Shown here: positions 27,034-41,245 of the stretch, piece after piece | Layout: each line of letters opens with the position of its first letter | Numbering within the stretch: position 1 is the stretch's first letter | Assembly (NCBI GenBank): GCA_033442325.1 | Contig: JAWQFM010000007.1 | Coordinates: forward strand, 1,902,567 to 1,966,566 | Source of the DNA: Salpingoeca rosetta | Taxonomy: Eukaryota; Protista; Choanoflagellata | Direction of reading: 5' to 3' | Length of the DNA stretch: 64,000 nt | Position numbers and translations under genes: made by a program | Notes under the pieces: generated by a model | The model's input: only the letters and a program-made list of their open reading frames with translations | Databases searched by the model: none | Told to the model about the DNA's origin: nothing

Positions 27034-27697
27034 ACACACATGCGCACACACACACACGCGCGCGCGCGCGCGGCCAAGATCCAGCGCCATTTCCAGCACT
27101 GCCGCCACAACCGCAGAAAAAGCGCGCCAAGCGAAAGGAGATGGAATGCAAGTGCCGAGGACGAACCGATACACCTTGCTGGGAACGCATTCCCGAGCAT
27201 GCACTCCAGCGCATTCAGGATCAGCTCGCCTCTCTGAAACAGCATCAGCGCAGTGAGATGGTTCGCATGTACCTGGTTGGCGTGCTCAACATGCCTCCGG
27301 CCGAGTGCACTCCTTCGAACAAGAAATCCCGCGTCACCTATCGTTTCCTAGGTAAGGTCGCACACACACCAACACACCGCGTGGGTTCGTTAAGAAGCAG
27401 TGCTCCTTTGATGTTCGCAGCTGTCTCGTCTGTTTTGCTGACGCACTTGTGTGAGTGCACGATCGCATGATGATTCACAAACGTTTGATCTGCTCACACA
27501 CACACACATGCGCGCACATACACACATGCACACATGTAGGTGAGACCCTGTGCAAGGGTGGCATCTGCAATGCGCTGGGCGTTGGCGAAAGCGTGTTTGC
27601 GTCGGCGATGAAGGACATCCTGCAGTACAAAGGTGTCACAGAGCCACCGAAACGAGGCCGTCGTGCGGCTTCAAGCAAGCGTGGCGCCCGTCATTGA
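26774..27697 (+). CDS. Small basic Cys-containing protein resembling the N-terminal region of a DNA transposase (Sola1/DUF7869-type); first exon uncertain
   Basis: MECKCRGRTDTPCWERIP...RVTYRFL|GETLCKGGICNALGVGES...PPKRGRR; canonical gtaagg...tgtag intron. Confidence 0.5.
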
Positions 27698-28033
27698 TCG
27701 ATAAAGAAGAGCACGAAGGCCTCCACTTCACAACAAGCAAACGTCTCATGTTCATGTCTCACTTCTTGTCTGTGTGTTTGCTTGCTGACTTTCACTCATG
27801 CTTTCATTCGTTCCTGCGCTTGTGTTGGGTGTGATTGTTGTTGAGATGGATGCCAGACGTGTGACATGATGCATGATGCGTGATGCAGTGATGCAGTGAT
27901 GCAGTTGTTGCGATGTGACGCACACACGTTCCATAAAGCACAAAAGTCACGACATACAACACATTCATCAAGCACATGGTGGTGGTGGTGGTGGTTGAGG
28001 GTGTGCGAGTGGTTGGTGGGGCGCGGTGGCAGC

Positions 28034-28108
28034 TCAGAAAGGCTTGTCCTCGATGAAGCGAGTGACCATGTCCTTCACGGCGCGACCTGAAGCGCGTGGA
28101 GATGAGTG

Positions 28109-28155
<47 letters not shown>

Positions 28156-28969
28156 GAGAGAGGGAGGGAGGGAGGGAGTGGAACACGGGCAGATAGACGG
28201 ACAGACAAACACATAAACATGGACAGACAAATAGACAGAAAAGTCGACAATAACACCGCGAGACAACGACGTGCACGTGTGCGTCTGTACCCTGGTCGTA
28301 TGGCGCAATGTGGCCGGCGACGCGCACGACAACATAGCGGAAGTCCTGGGCGGCGCGGACGTAGCTGTATCCGCAACAGTAGACAGACAGGCAGGCGGGC
28401 AGGTAAGCAAAGTGGGCGTGGTGGGGGCACAGCAACCCAAAGCAAAGCAACACAGAGCAAAGCAAAGCGGTGGAAGGTTGCACAACGACTACAACTGCAG
28501 CTGCAGCAGCCAGCAGCAGCCAGCAGCAGCCAGCAGCAGCAACAACTGATGGCATGCCAACGCACCCTGCAACCTCCGTGTCGGACTTCTTGACCTTCCA
28601 CACGACGCGGTCGGCGCTGTTGAACTTCTTCGCGCCAGACCTGTCCCGCAGCGATAAAAGCCGTGACGAGTGTGGACGTGAGTGTGTGTGCGTGCATGAG
28701 AGAGTATGCGCGCGCGTGTGTGTGTGCATGTGCGTGTGTGTGTGCATGAGAGAGTATGCGTGTGTGTGTGTGCACGCGTGCAAAGGGAGCAATGGTGGCG
28801 TGTAGGCGATCAGACCATGGAATGGTGGGGAGGTAGCGTTCCGTCAGTGGAACGCCAACGATGAGATCAAGCTGGCCGTTGTACATCAGCACCTGAACAC
28901 TCGCACACACGCACACGAGTGAGCGCTTGTGGGCACTTTGAAACCAAGCTTGCACCAGCTCCAACTGCT

Positions 28970-29007
<38 letters not shown>

Positions 29008-29329
29008 ACACAGTGCAAACCTTGTAGTTGTCCATGACGAGGGCGAGCTCTGGCTTGTACGAGACCATAACGTCTGGGATGAGGTGCAGTTCGCACTCAA
29101 GACCGCTGTTGAGCGTGGCATTGCCAACGTGGATGGCCTTGCGCACCCTGCACGGTGGCAGATGACGCCGAGGATGAGGGGAGGGGGCACGTGTTGGGAA
29201 CGTGGTGAGGTGAGTTGCAACGACAAGAAAACAAACCAGTCGCCAAGAGAGCGACACACACACGAAACACACACACACGAAACACACACATACGCACACA
29301 CACACACATACGCACACACACACACACAT

Positions 29330-29382
<53 letters not shown>

Positions 29383-32300
29383 AACAAACAAGCAAGCAAA
29401 CAAACAAGCAAGCCGAGCAACGGCCTGGCATGAGCACGGACCAGTCCTGGGAGATGAACTTGGAGTAATAGCCAAAAGAGGCGGGGGAGATGGTGCGCAG
29501 AAAGTTGTCGTAGTCGCTGCCACCACACAATCATGGCAACGTGAACGCAATGCACATTCGTGCGGAAGGGAGTTGAGGGGGCAAGGCAGCTGTAATGCGG
29601 GCGAGTTGGTGTGCTGTGCGCACAGAAACAGACAGACTGACTGACACAAATATGCACACACACGCACACACGCGCACACATACACGCACAGGCGCACGAG
29701 TGCGCACGCATCACAAACATACAAGTGTGAGAGAACTCACAGGGTGCCGGTGAGGTTGTAGAAGTAGGTCGGGTACTTGTACACATCGCCGTTCAGCATC
29801 TCGTCCCAGATGTCAAAGGCCAGCTAACGAGGGTGGTGGTGGTGGTGGTGGTGGTGGTGATTGAAAGAGCAGTGGGGTCAGGAATAGCAGGGGGAATTGA
29901 GGACGGCCAAAACACACACAGACACACAGACACAGACACACACACACAGACACACAGACCACACACACACACACGCACGCACACACAGACCACACAATCA
30001 GACACCTCCATCAACACGCACCGTGTAGTTGCCGTTGTTGATTGCCTTGACGGTCTGGTCGGTGTACTGCTGAAGGACGTCGCGCTGGTTGTGGTCGGCG
30101 AGCCCGAGGTTGAACATCAGGCCGGGGATGGCCTGCATTTGCACAACGGGATCCGTCCATCCATCTAACACCAATTCATACGCATACACACATCCACACA
30201 TGAAAGCACGCACACGAGAGCACACACACACGAGCACGTGTGCCGCGGACACACAAAAGGTGAGAGGAGATGGGTGTATGTACGTGTGTGTGTATGTGTG
30301 TGTGTGTGTGTCCATGTGGTACTGGAGCAAACGAGACGATCAAAACGCCAAGGGCACACGTGACGGTAATAATGAGAGGATGGCAGGGTGGCAAAGCAGT
30401 GCTGTGCTGCGCGCACCGCCAATGGAGACGCCCTTGAGCGGGATCTTCGACGCGTCGCTGCTGGCGGCGTTCTTGCGGTGAATGTACGCAGCAAACGCAG
30501 GAATGTAGTGCCCTGCAGGTAGAGCCACAGCAGAGTGAGTTTGAGGGGTGTGTATGTGTATAGGCGTGTAGGCACGAGTGCGTGCGTGCGTGTGCGTGCG
30601 TGCGTGCGTGTGCGTGCGTGTGCGTGCGTAAGAGAAAGAGGACATTGAGGGAGAATGCGGGTACCAACACAAACAAAACACACTGACAACGTACTGCCAG
30701 CCGACAAACAATGCCACGCACACACTCTTGCACAATGTGCGCACGCAGGGACAACAGTGCACATGTGAGTGTTGTGAGCGTTGTGCGAGAGTGAACGTAC
30801 CGGCAAAGCTCTCGCCGGTGAGGTAGAGGTCGACCTTGGCCTGGTCCGGGAACGTGGCGTAGAACTCTGTGAGGCACGCGTACAGGTCGCGCGCAACATC
30901 CTCGCGCGTGTTGGTGGCATAGCCTGCGCAGGACCATGGCGGGCAATGGGATATGCATGAATCAAACAGCGGGGTAGTGAGGAGAAGCAAGTAGGATGAG
31001 GAGAAGCGAGTAGGATGAGGAGAAGCAAGTAGGATGAGGAGAAGCAAGTAGGATGAGGAGAAGCAAGTAGGATGAGGAGAAGCGAGTAGGATGAGGAGAA
31101 GCATGTAGGATGAGGAGAAGCATGTAGGATGAGGAGAAGCGAGTAGGATGAGGAGAAGCAAGTAGGATGAGGAGAAGCAAGTAGGATGAGGAGAAGCGAG
31201 TAGGATGAGGAGAAGCGAGTAGGATGAGGAGAAGCATGTAGGATGAGGAGAAGCATGTAGTGATACACAAATCGGCGCGCGCACATGTCCACAGAAGCGA
31301 GCAAGATTGTTACTCGATGATGCAAAGCTCAGATCATCCAACACGCAATCGACACTTGGCCAACTGACCCTTGCCGGTGCCAGTGTAGCTGTAACCAGCG
31401 CCAACGGGGTTGTCGATGAAGAGGAGGGAGTAGTTGGAGTTCCATGTCGTGTCGCGCTCATGCAGCTTCATGTTCTCATCAACATGGAATGGCCCAATCT
31501 CGGAGAAGAGGCCAAAGGTGCTGGCACCACCAGGGCCACCTGTACAGAGAGTGTGTGTAAGTGAGTGAGTGTGTGTGTAAGTGAGTGAGTGAGTGAGTGA
31601 GTGAGTGAGTGTGTAAGTGTGTGTGTGTGTGTGAGTGTGTGTGTGTGTGTGAGTGAGGGAGTGAGTGAGTGAGAGAGCAACTCTGTCAGCTGACAGCGCA
31701 ACAAGAACAGCAGCACGTTATATGTGCGTGGCAATCTTTCATGTCTCGTCACATCAAGAGTCAGTGGCACGCGCATTCACAGGATGCCTTCGCATGCAGC
31801 CATAAGCGGCCGAGTGTCCGCACATCCATTCACATAGATACGCACAGATACAGAGATACACACACGCACGCTTGCACGCGCACCCTGGAGCCAGATGAGA
31901 AGGGGCGCATCTGGGTTGTTGTCCTGGGATGGGAAGTACCAGACAAAGAGGTTGTTGTCCGTTGTCTTGTTGACGGTGTAGAAGCCAGCATATGAGGTGT
32001 AGTTGCCAATACCGTTCACCTTGGCCGCACCCCTAAGCAATGGGAAATGATAAGATGAGGCAACGAACGGTGGGAAGCATCAGGTGAACATGTTCAGTGC
32101 AGAGCTAATCCAGCCAGTTGAGTGTACATGTACAGGAGTAAAAAAGGAGAGGGACGAGCCACATTGCAAGCGAGGGGAACACGCGCACGCACACGCAGAT
32201 GGGAGGCAGTGTGGCTGATGCGACATTATGCACACGCTGTTTTGGCTTTGGTACATTTGCCACAGCGAACCCCACACAGGAGGACACTGCCAACGACGAC

Positions 32301-32516
32301 AATCCAAACTCACTGGGCAGCCTCGACGCCGTAGCGCTCCCTGACGTTGCTGACAAGCAGGGGCTCGCCAACATCAGCACCTGGCGCAGCGTGCATGTTC
32401 TCGTGGACCCCATAGATGCGGCGGTGGAAGGCGGCAGCCGGCTGGGCCAACAACACGCACGCCAACACGCCAACAACACCAGCGAACACAACAGCAGACT
32501 TGATCATCATCATCAT
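28034..32516 (-). CDS. CPVL: Serine carboxypeptidase S10, CPVL-like; multi-exon
   Basis: Signal peptide; SYAGFYTVNK, LLIWLQG|GPG, LLFIDNPVGAGYS, TGESFAG|HYIP (catalytic Ser), VLMYNGQLDLIV (Asp), VAGHIAPYDQ (His). Confidence 0.9.
30979..31260. repeat. 19-bp minisatellite GAGGAGAAGC(AA/GA/AT)GTAGGAT, ~15 copies, intronic in CPVL
   Basis: Head-to-tail copies with no spacers; three unit variants. Confidence 0.9.
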
Positions 32517-32756
32517 CGATCGATCGTCAATCAGTGTGTAGTGGAGAGGAGTGGGTGTTTTTTTTTTTGGAGGAGAGCAAACACACCTCAAAACACACGC
32601 AGCAACGTGGTGATATGACTGAATTCAGTCGCAGAAACAGGCAGAAGAGGCAGAAGGCAGAGAAGGCAGAAAACGCACACCAAGCACACACATACGTCTC
32701 TCGCTCGCTCGCTCTCTCTCTCTCTCCCTCTCTGTCTCAGACACACCACCGACAGC

Positions 32757-35127
<2,371 letters not shown>

Positions 35128-35536
35128 TGGGGTGCATGTGTGGTGGTGATGGGGTTGGCTTGCGTTTAGTGTTGATTGTTGTTGGGTCTGTGGGTTGTGT
35201 TTGTTGTTTACGTTTGCGTTGGCGTTGTCTGTTGTGGTTGTGATGGGTGCTTCGTACCCTGGCACATATGAGCTTTCTGTCTGTTATGGTTGGGATTGTC
35301 ATTGCACGTGGTGCGTGTGCCCTGTGCTCTTTGTCGTGGCATTCGGTCATGCACCAATACACAGAGCGAATACAATCCTCTGTGTTGGCAGCGGCAGGCT
35401 AGATACGCGCAGTTGTTTTATGTGGACAGCAACGAGGCAGACAAAGCAGCACACCCATAGCAAAAGCAGCTGCACATGCGGAACCAGCAACGGCACAGGA
35501 CGCAAAGCAACGAATGAAGTGGCAACAACGCCGCCG

Positions 35537-35543
35537 CAGCAGC

Positions 35544-35623
<80 letters not shown>

Positions 35624-35656
35624 GGGTGAACAACAACAAGGGTGAACAACAACAAG
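35537..35656. repeat. (CAA)n microsatellite between GET3 and SNX17 3' ends
   Basis: Directly visible. Confidence 0.9.
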
Positions 35657-36030
35657 GGTGGGCAGGGCACCAAGCACTCGCTCGCTCATTCACTCGCAGA
35701 CACCAAGCAACACCCACTCCCTATTCCAACCAAGGAAGACACAAATGTACATGCACATAAGGGATACAACAACAACAACAGCAACAACAGCAACAACAAC
35801 AGCTGACAGCTGTGATGATCATGGTGGTGGTAACAGCACCATACATGAAAAGATGAAAAGGTGCACATGCACACACGCACGTGCGATGGAGACGCAAAGG
35901 TGTGGATGTGTGGATGTGTGGATGTGTGTATGTGGATGTTGATCGAACAATCAATCAACCGACTATGCAAACAATTGATCACGCAATCGAATCAACCAAT
36001 GCAAGAAAGGGTGATTGAACAGCCCCGTCC

Positions 36031-36605
36031 TCACTCCAGGCCAACCATGGCTGCAAAGTTGGCTGTCGGGTCGTCTGTGTCGTCGGCGAGATCGAGCCCC
36101 CGCTCAACCTGCGCCCGCGCCGTGTCCGTCAACGCAAAGTCGTCCTGAACAGCAAAGAGGATGGTGGGGGAGGGGGAGGGGAAAATGGATTGGTGGGAGT
36201 GATGGTGGCGGTGAAGGCGATGGTGGCGGTGATGGTGGTGATGGTGCTGATTGTGCTGATGGTGCTGATGAATGCGCAGTGACAGTGCAACAGTGACAGT
36301 GCAACAAGTTTCGAATCGAATGGCAAGGAATAGCGGCATTCTGAGCCGCAGGTACATGTGCAGGGGCCGAGGTATGTTGCAGACGCACCACTTCTTCCTC
36401 AGCCTCTTCGTCTGCTTGCACGCATTTGAGAAGATCAGAGAGCACAACCCGGATCCTAACACGCGTGGGGGGGGGGGCGGTATTGGTAGGCGGAAAGGCA
36501 GCGACAGTGGTGAGCACACGCCGAACAAGTTGGCACACGCCGAAGCGGATGCACACAACACACCCAAAAAGATGTAAGCAACGACCAAGGTGAACAGCAA
36601 CCTGC

Positions 36606-36640
<35 letters not shown>

Positions 36641-39275
36641 CACACACGCATGCACGCATGCACGCATGCACGCACGCACACACACACGCACACACACACG
36701 CACACACACACGCATGCACGCACGCACGCACGCACACACGCACACACACACGCACACACACACGCACACACGCACACACACACGCACACACGCACACACG
36801 CACACACGCACACACGCACACACGCACACAAATGGTATGCAAATGAAACAACAGTAAGAGCAGCATGGGCAACGTACTCTTGCTGCTGGGGTTCGTTGTC
36901 CGATGTGAGGAAGGACAGGTCGGGCGGGGCGTTGGTCTGACGTCTCGGTTTGAAGATCCCTTCGCGGTCCTTCGGCCTGATGCAATCACGTCATATTGGT
37001 AAAATGGGTGGAGCGGAGTGATGTGAAATGATGGGAGGGAAGGTGAGCAAGTACATACATGGGGAGGCCCTCAGATACAGGCAAGCAGCCACGCGCTATC
37101 AAATACACTTGCACGTGCATACATACACACATGCACAAACACAAACACACATGCACACATGCACACATGCACACATGCACACATGCACGTGCGTATATGG
37201 ACCACTGCACTCACGTGCGGATGGAGTCGCCTTTGTTGATCCGCAGCATCTCTTCAACCAGGAACTGCAGACACATGGCGAGGTGGATCGTTGCTTCGGA
37301 AACGAGCTTGATCCACTTCATCTGCAGAGGAGGCAGGGGGGGGGGAACGATCCCGGCTGAGATCAGAAAGGGAAGCTGGAGAGGTAGGAGCCGAGACGCC
37401 CGCACAACACAAGCACTCATATGCACACATTCACACATACACATGCACGCGCACACACACGCATACACACGCATACACACACACACATGCACACATTCAC
37501 ACACGCACACATACGCATACGCATGCGCACCTTCATGTCGCCGTTGTCGTCTGTGCTGACGAGGTATTCAAACTCAAGCTCCACGCCGTCTTCGGTCGAG
37601 TACGTGCGCCAGCACCGCATGCGCCGCACAAGGAAGTCGCGATCCTCCCCGCTCACCTTATCATGCAGACGCATGCACGCCGGCGCCGGCGGTACGCTGC
37701 CCAGCGACACCGTCACCATGCTATCGTTCTGGGCCGTGGTGATGGAAAGGGGGGGAGTTGGTTGGAAGGGTTGGAGGGTGAGAGGCTGTATGTGCGTTGT
37801 GTTGTGTGTTGTGTGTGCGTGTTGCGTGTGTTGTGTGTTGTGGTGTGTTGTGTGTGTGTGTGTGTTGTGTGTTGTGTGTTGTGTGTGTGTGTTGTATGTG
37901 TGTTGTGTGTTGTGTGTGCGTGTTGTGTTGTGTGTTGTGTTGTGTGTTGTGTGTTGTGTGTGTGTGTGTGTGTGTGCATTGCACGCAAAACGTGGGAGTT
38001 ATGACCGCGCGTGTGTCTGATGAGACAACAATCCATGCCCATCCTCACCTCTGGCCAGTTGCACTTGACTTCGCCAAAGAACGCATATCCGTAGCCGGGC
38101 TGCTTGCGCGCGAGCTCGATAAACGCTTTCCTGTCATCATATGCACAAAAACACACACACGTGTGTGGTGGTAAGTTTAACAGTGACGGACGTATACATG
38201 TGGCCGTGGTGGTGAGTGGAAGCAAACATAAAATGTGGAATCGGCACATCGAAGAGGCGAACGAGAAAATGGGTGAACAAACAAAGAGATCGTTGACAAA
38301 CAATCCAATGAGCAAACGAAACAAGACGAGCGAGCAAGGGTGGTTGTCCACAGCAGCAGCCACCAGCACCGGTCGCGTTGGGCCCTCAGGTCCTGGAGCT
38401 TCTCTGCGTCCTCATCTGTTGGATTGATGTGGCCGTTCTTCATCTCCGCAATCGTCTGCAATCCACGCAGGCGTGGGGCACATGCATGTGAGAGGATGGT
38501 GGCCACATGTGTGTGTGTGTGTGTGTGTGGGGGGGGGGGAGGTGTGCGTATGTGTGTGTGGGTGTTCTGAGTGTGTGTGGGTGTTATGTCGGATGTTGTT
38601 GTATTCTGATAGCACCTCCTTGTTTGGCCGTGAAAAACTTTCCACATCTGTGCCCCCGCGCTGGGATTTCAAGAAGGTTTAGTTATTTCTTATTGGATTG
38701 TCGCTTAATGTAGGGTTCATCATTAGTTCACGGGCTGTAGTCACACTCCCTTTACTGATCAGAGCAGTGCATAAAACGTCGGACTAGATGAGTGTGCCTA
38801 AATTAAGTTCTACTCAGGGAAAGACATGGTACCTATCTGATAGCAGCTCGTCGTGGTACAGTGGACTTTACTCTTTGATCAAACTATAGTGTGTCCTATA
38901 TCTCATGCGCAAGGCCTATACCCGGTTATGCTAGGCGACGATCGCTGACACACTCGCCTGCTTGGTATGCAGGTAGCGGAGTTGTGAGTTATGGAGAGCG
39001 AATCTTGGTGTATNNNNNNNNNNNNNNNNNNNNNNNNNNNNNNNNNNNNNNNNNNNNNNNNNNNNNNNNNNNNNNNNNNNNNNNNNNNNNNNNNNNNNNN
39101 NNNNNNNNNNNNNTGATGCGGCTCTGCGCGCTCAGAGCAGAGGATGTAAGAGGAACTCAACAATCTTGCGACTTTGCGGATGATCACTTACCTGTCGATG
39201 TCGTCGACGAGGAACAGTCCTAAAGTAGTACGTAAGGTACGTGTCAAGGTACAGCACAGAGCACAGCATGCACGC

Positions 39276-39336
<61 letters not shown>

Positions 39337-40579
39337 CGCGCGCGTTGAGGGGAGGGGGGAGGCTAATGCTTGAGTGTTGGGGCATCCAGGAAGCAAGGTA
39401 ATGGCAGCGGGAAATCAAGGGCGCAGTCATGCACGGCAGTCATGCACGGCGTTCCAGCGCAGTGCGAACAGCATTTGAACGCGTGCACACGCGAGGCACG
39501 TACAGTCTCGAGCACGTCGTCTGTCTGGTCAATGTTCATGATGTCAACGGAAACCTTCTTGCCGTTGACAAGGTACACTTCCAGCTGCACCCACGACTCC
39601 TCGGCCTTCTGCACCTCTTTCTGGGCGTTCAACAGGAACGTCTGAAAGGTGTTGCCCTTCACAATGCGGGGCTGTTGTGCAATCTTCTGCAGCCACTTCT
39701 GCAGCATGAAGCGTCGATCTACAAAACCAAACACGGACACATGTGCGTTGCGTGTGGAAGTGAGGCGGGGAGCATAAGGGATGCAGTGAGAAGGCAAGCG
39801 AGTGGGTGAGTGGGTGAGCGAAGGAGATCGGAGAGGGGGATTGCTCCAAAACATGCAACAGAGCTGACAGCCATCTCCAATGCAGATACTGCAGGTTTCA
39901 CGCCCACGATGTGCAAGGTGTGCACGATGTGCACGGCACCGATGCTCACACCCAAGCAGATGCACGCATGCAGTGTGCATGCAGTGGTATGATGCGGTCA
40001 CACACACCATGGCATTCGTCTGGTTTGAGGTAGAAGAAGTTCTTGGGCGGAAATTTGTCCAAGCAGCCGGCTCCAAACTCGCGCTTCAACTTCTCGTGGA
40101 GCTGGGCCAGCTGGCTGTATCGCGCAGAGCAGTGGTAGGTGCCGTTGATGTGGATCTTGTACGACACGTAGCGTTCAGTGACGTTGCGCTTCGGCTGCAA
40201 GCACAAGACAAGAAGACACATGGGACGTGGCATCGGAAATCGTGCAGGCGGACAGTGAGCGATGTGAGGGTTCAAGATTGGGTAAGGTGTATTTCGAGGT
40301 GAGCAGGGATCGGACCAGCCACTGCTGCTTGTACAAGCAGGAGGCACACACACCACAACACAAACAAGCCAGTGAAACACACACACACATATATAGACGA
40401 GCTCCAAAACATTCCACAACACAAACAAGCCAGTGAAACACACACACACACACATACACACACATGCATCCCCATGCACCACACACAAACACACATGCGG
40501 GTGTTGCACAACACCAACGATTACAGATACGCACCTTGACCTCAGTCAACTCCTCCACGCCCCCGACGGAAATGTGCAT
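36031..40579 (-). CDS. SNX17: PX-FERM sorting nexin (SNX17/31-like); interrupted by assembly gap
   Basis: [42 protein letters not shown]; TFLLNAQKE; DQTDDVLE; [13 protein letters not shown]; VRRMRCWR; [26 protein letters not shown]. Confidence 0.9.
39014..39113. other. Assembly gap (100 N) with low-quality flanks
   Basis: N run; the flanking SNX17 exon carries indels. Confidence 0.97.
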
Positions 40580-40849
40580 GGTGGCAGTGCGGTCTTGAGA
40601 GCAGCACAAGAAGCAAACAAACACTGGTTGACTGGCTCTGCAGCAGCGCAGAAAGCGTCTCTCGCACACACGAAACAAACAAAGGCAAGATGCACAAGCC
40701 CAACAACAAAACAAGGGAAGGTGTACGGCGGCGGCGATGGCGGCGGCAAAGATGAAGAAAACAGCACAAAATGCAGCGAGCCAAAGAAGGAGCGAAAGGA
40801 CAACCAACAACAAAAGGCAAAACACCAAGGCAAGCAGCAAGCAAGCAAA

Positions 40850-41204
40850 ATGGATGTGGTGGGAGTGTCTGCTGCGTTTGTGCGGCGGTTCCTGAGCGAG
40901 GTGAAGGCGGAGCACCCGAGCGACTACGCATCGCTCACCACAAAGGACGTGTGTGACAAGGTTGTGATTCCACGCACAAGGGACGCACAGTGCGCGTACT
41001 CGGATGTCATCAAACGGGAGCATCCACAAGATGTGGGCCGGGCAAACATCTTCGTCTCCCATGCATGGAGATACAAGATCACTGACGTGCTGGGAACGAT
41101 GCTTGAGTATGCAGATGCGCAGCAAGAGCATCGTCAGCCTTTCTTCTGGTTCGATCTCTTCATCAACAACCAGAACATTGCCGCAGATCTCCCACAAGAC
41201 TGGT

Positions 41205-41245
<41 letters not shown>

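Noticed and set aside
30979-31260. CRISPR-like array
   Set aside because: Contiguous 19-bp units with no unique spacers, no cas genes, eukaryotic intron.
39114-39250. SNX17 pseudogene or programmed frameshift
   Set aside because: Indels are confined to the contig end beside the N gap; all other exons are intact.
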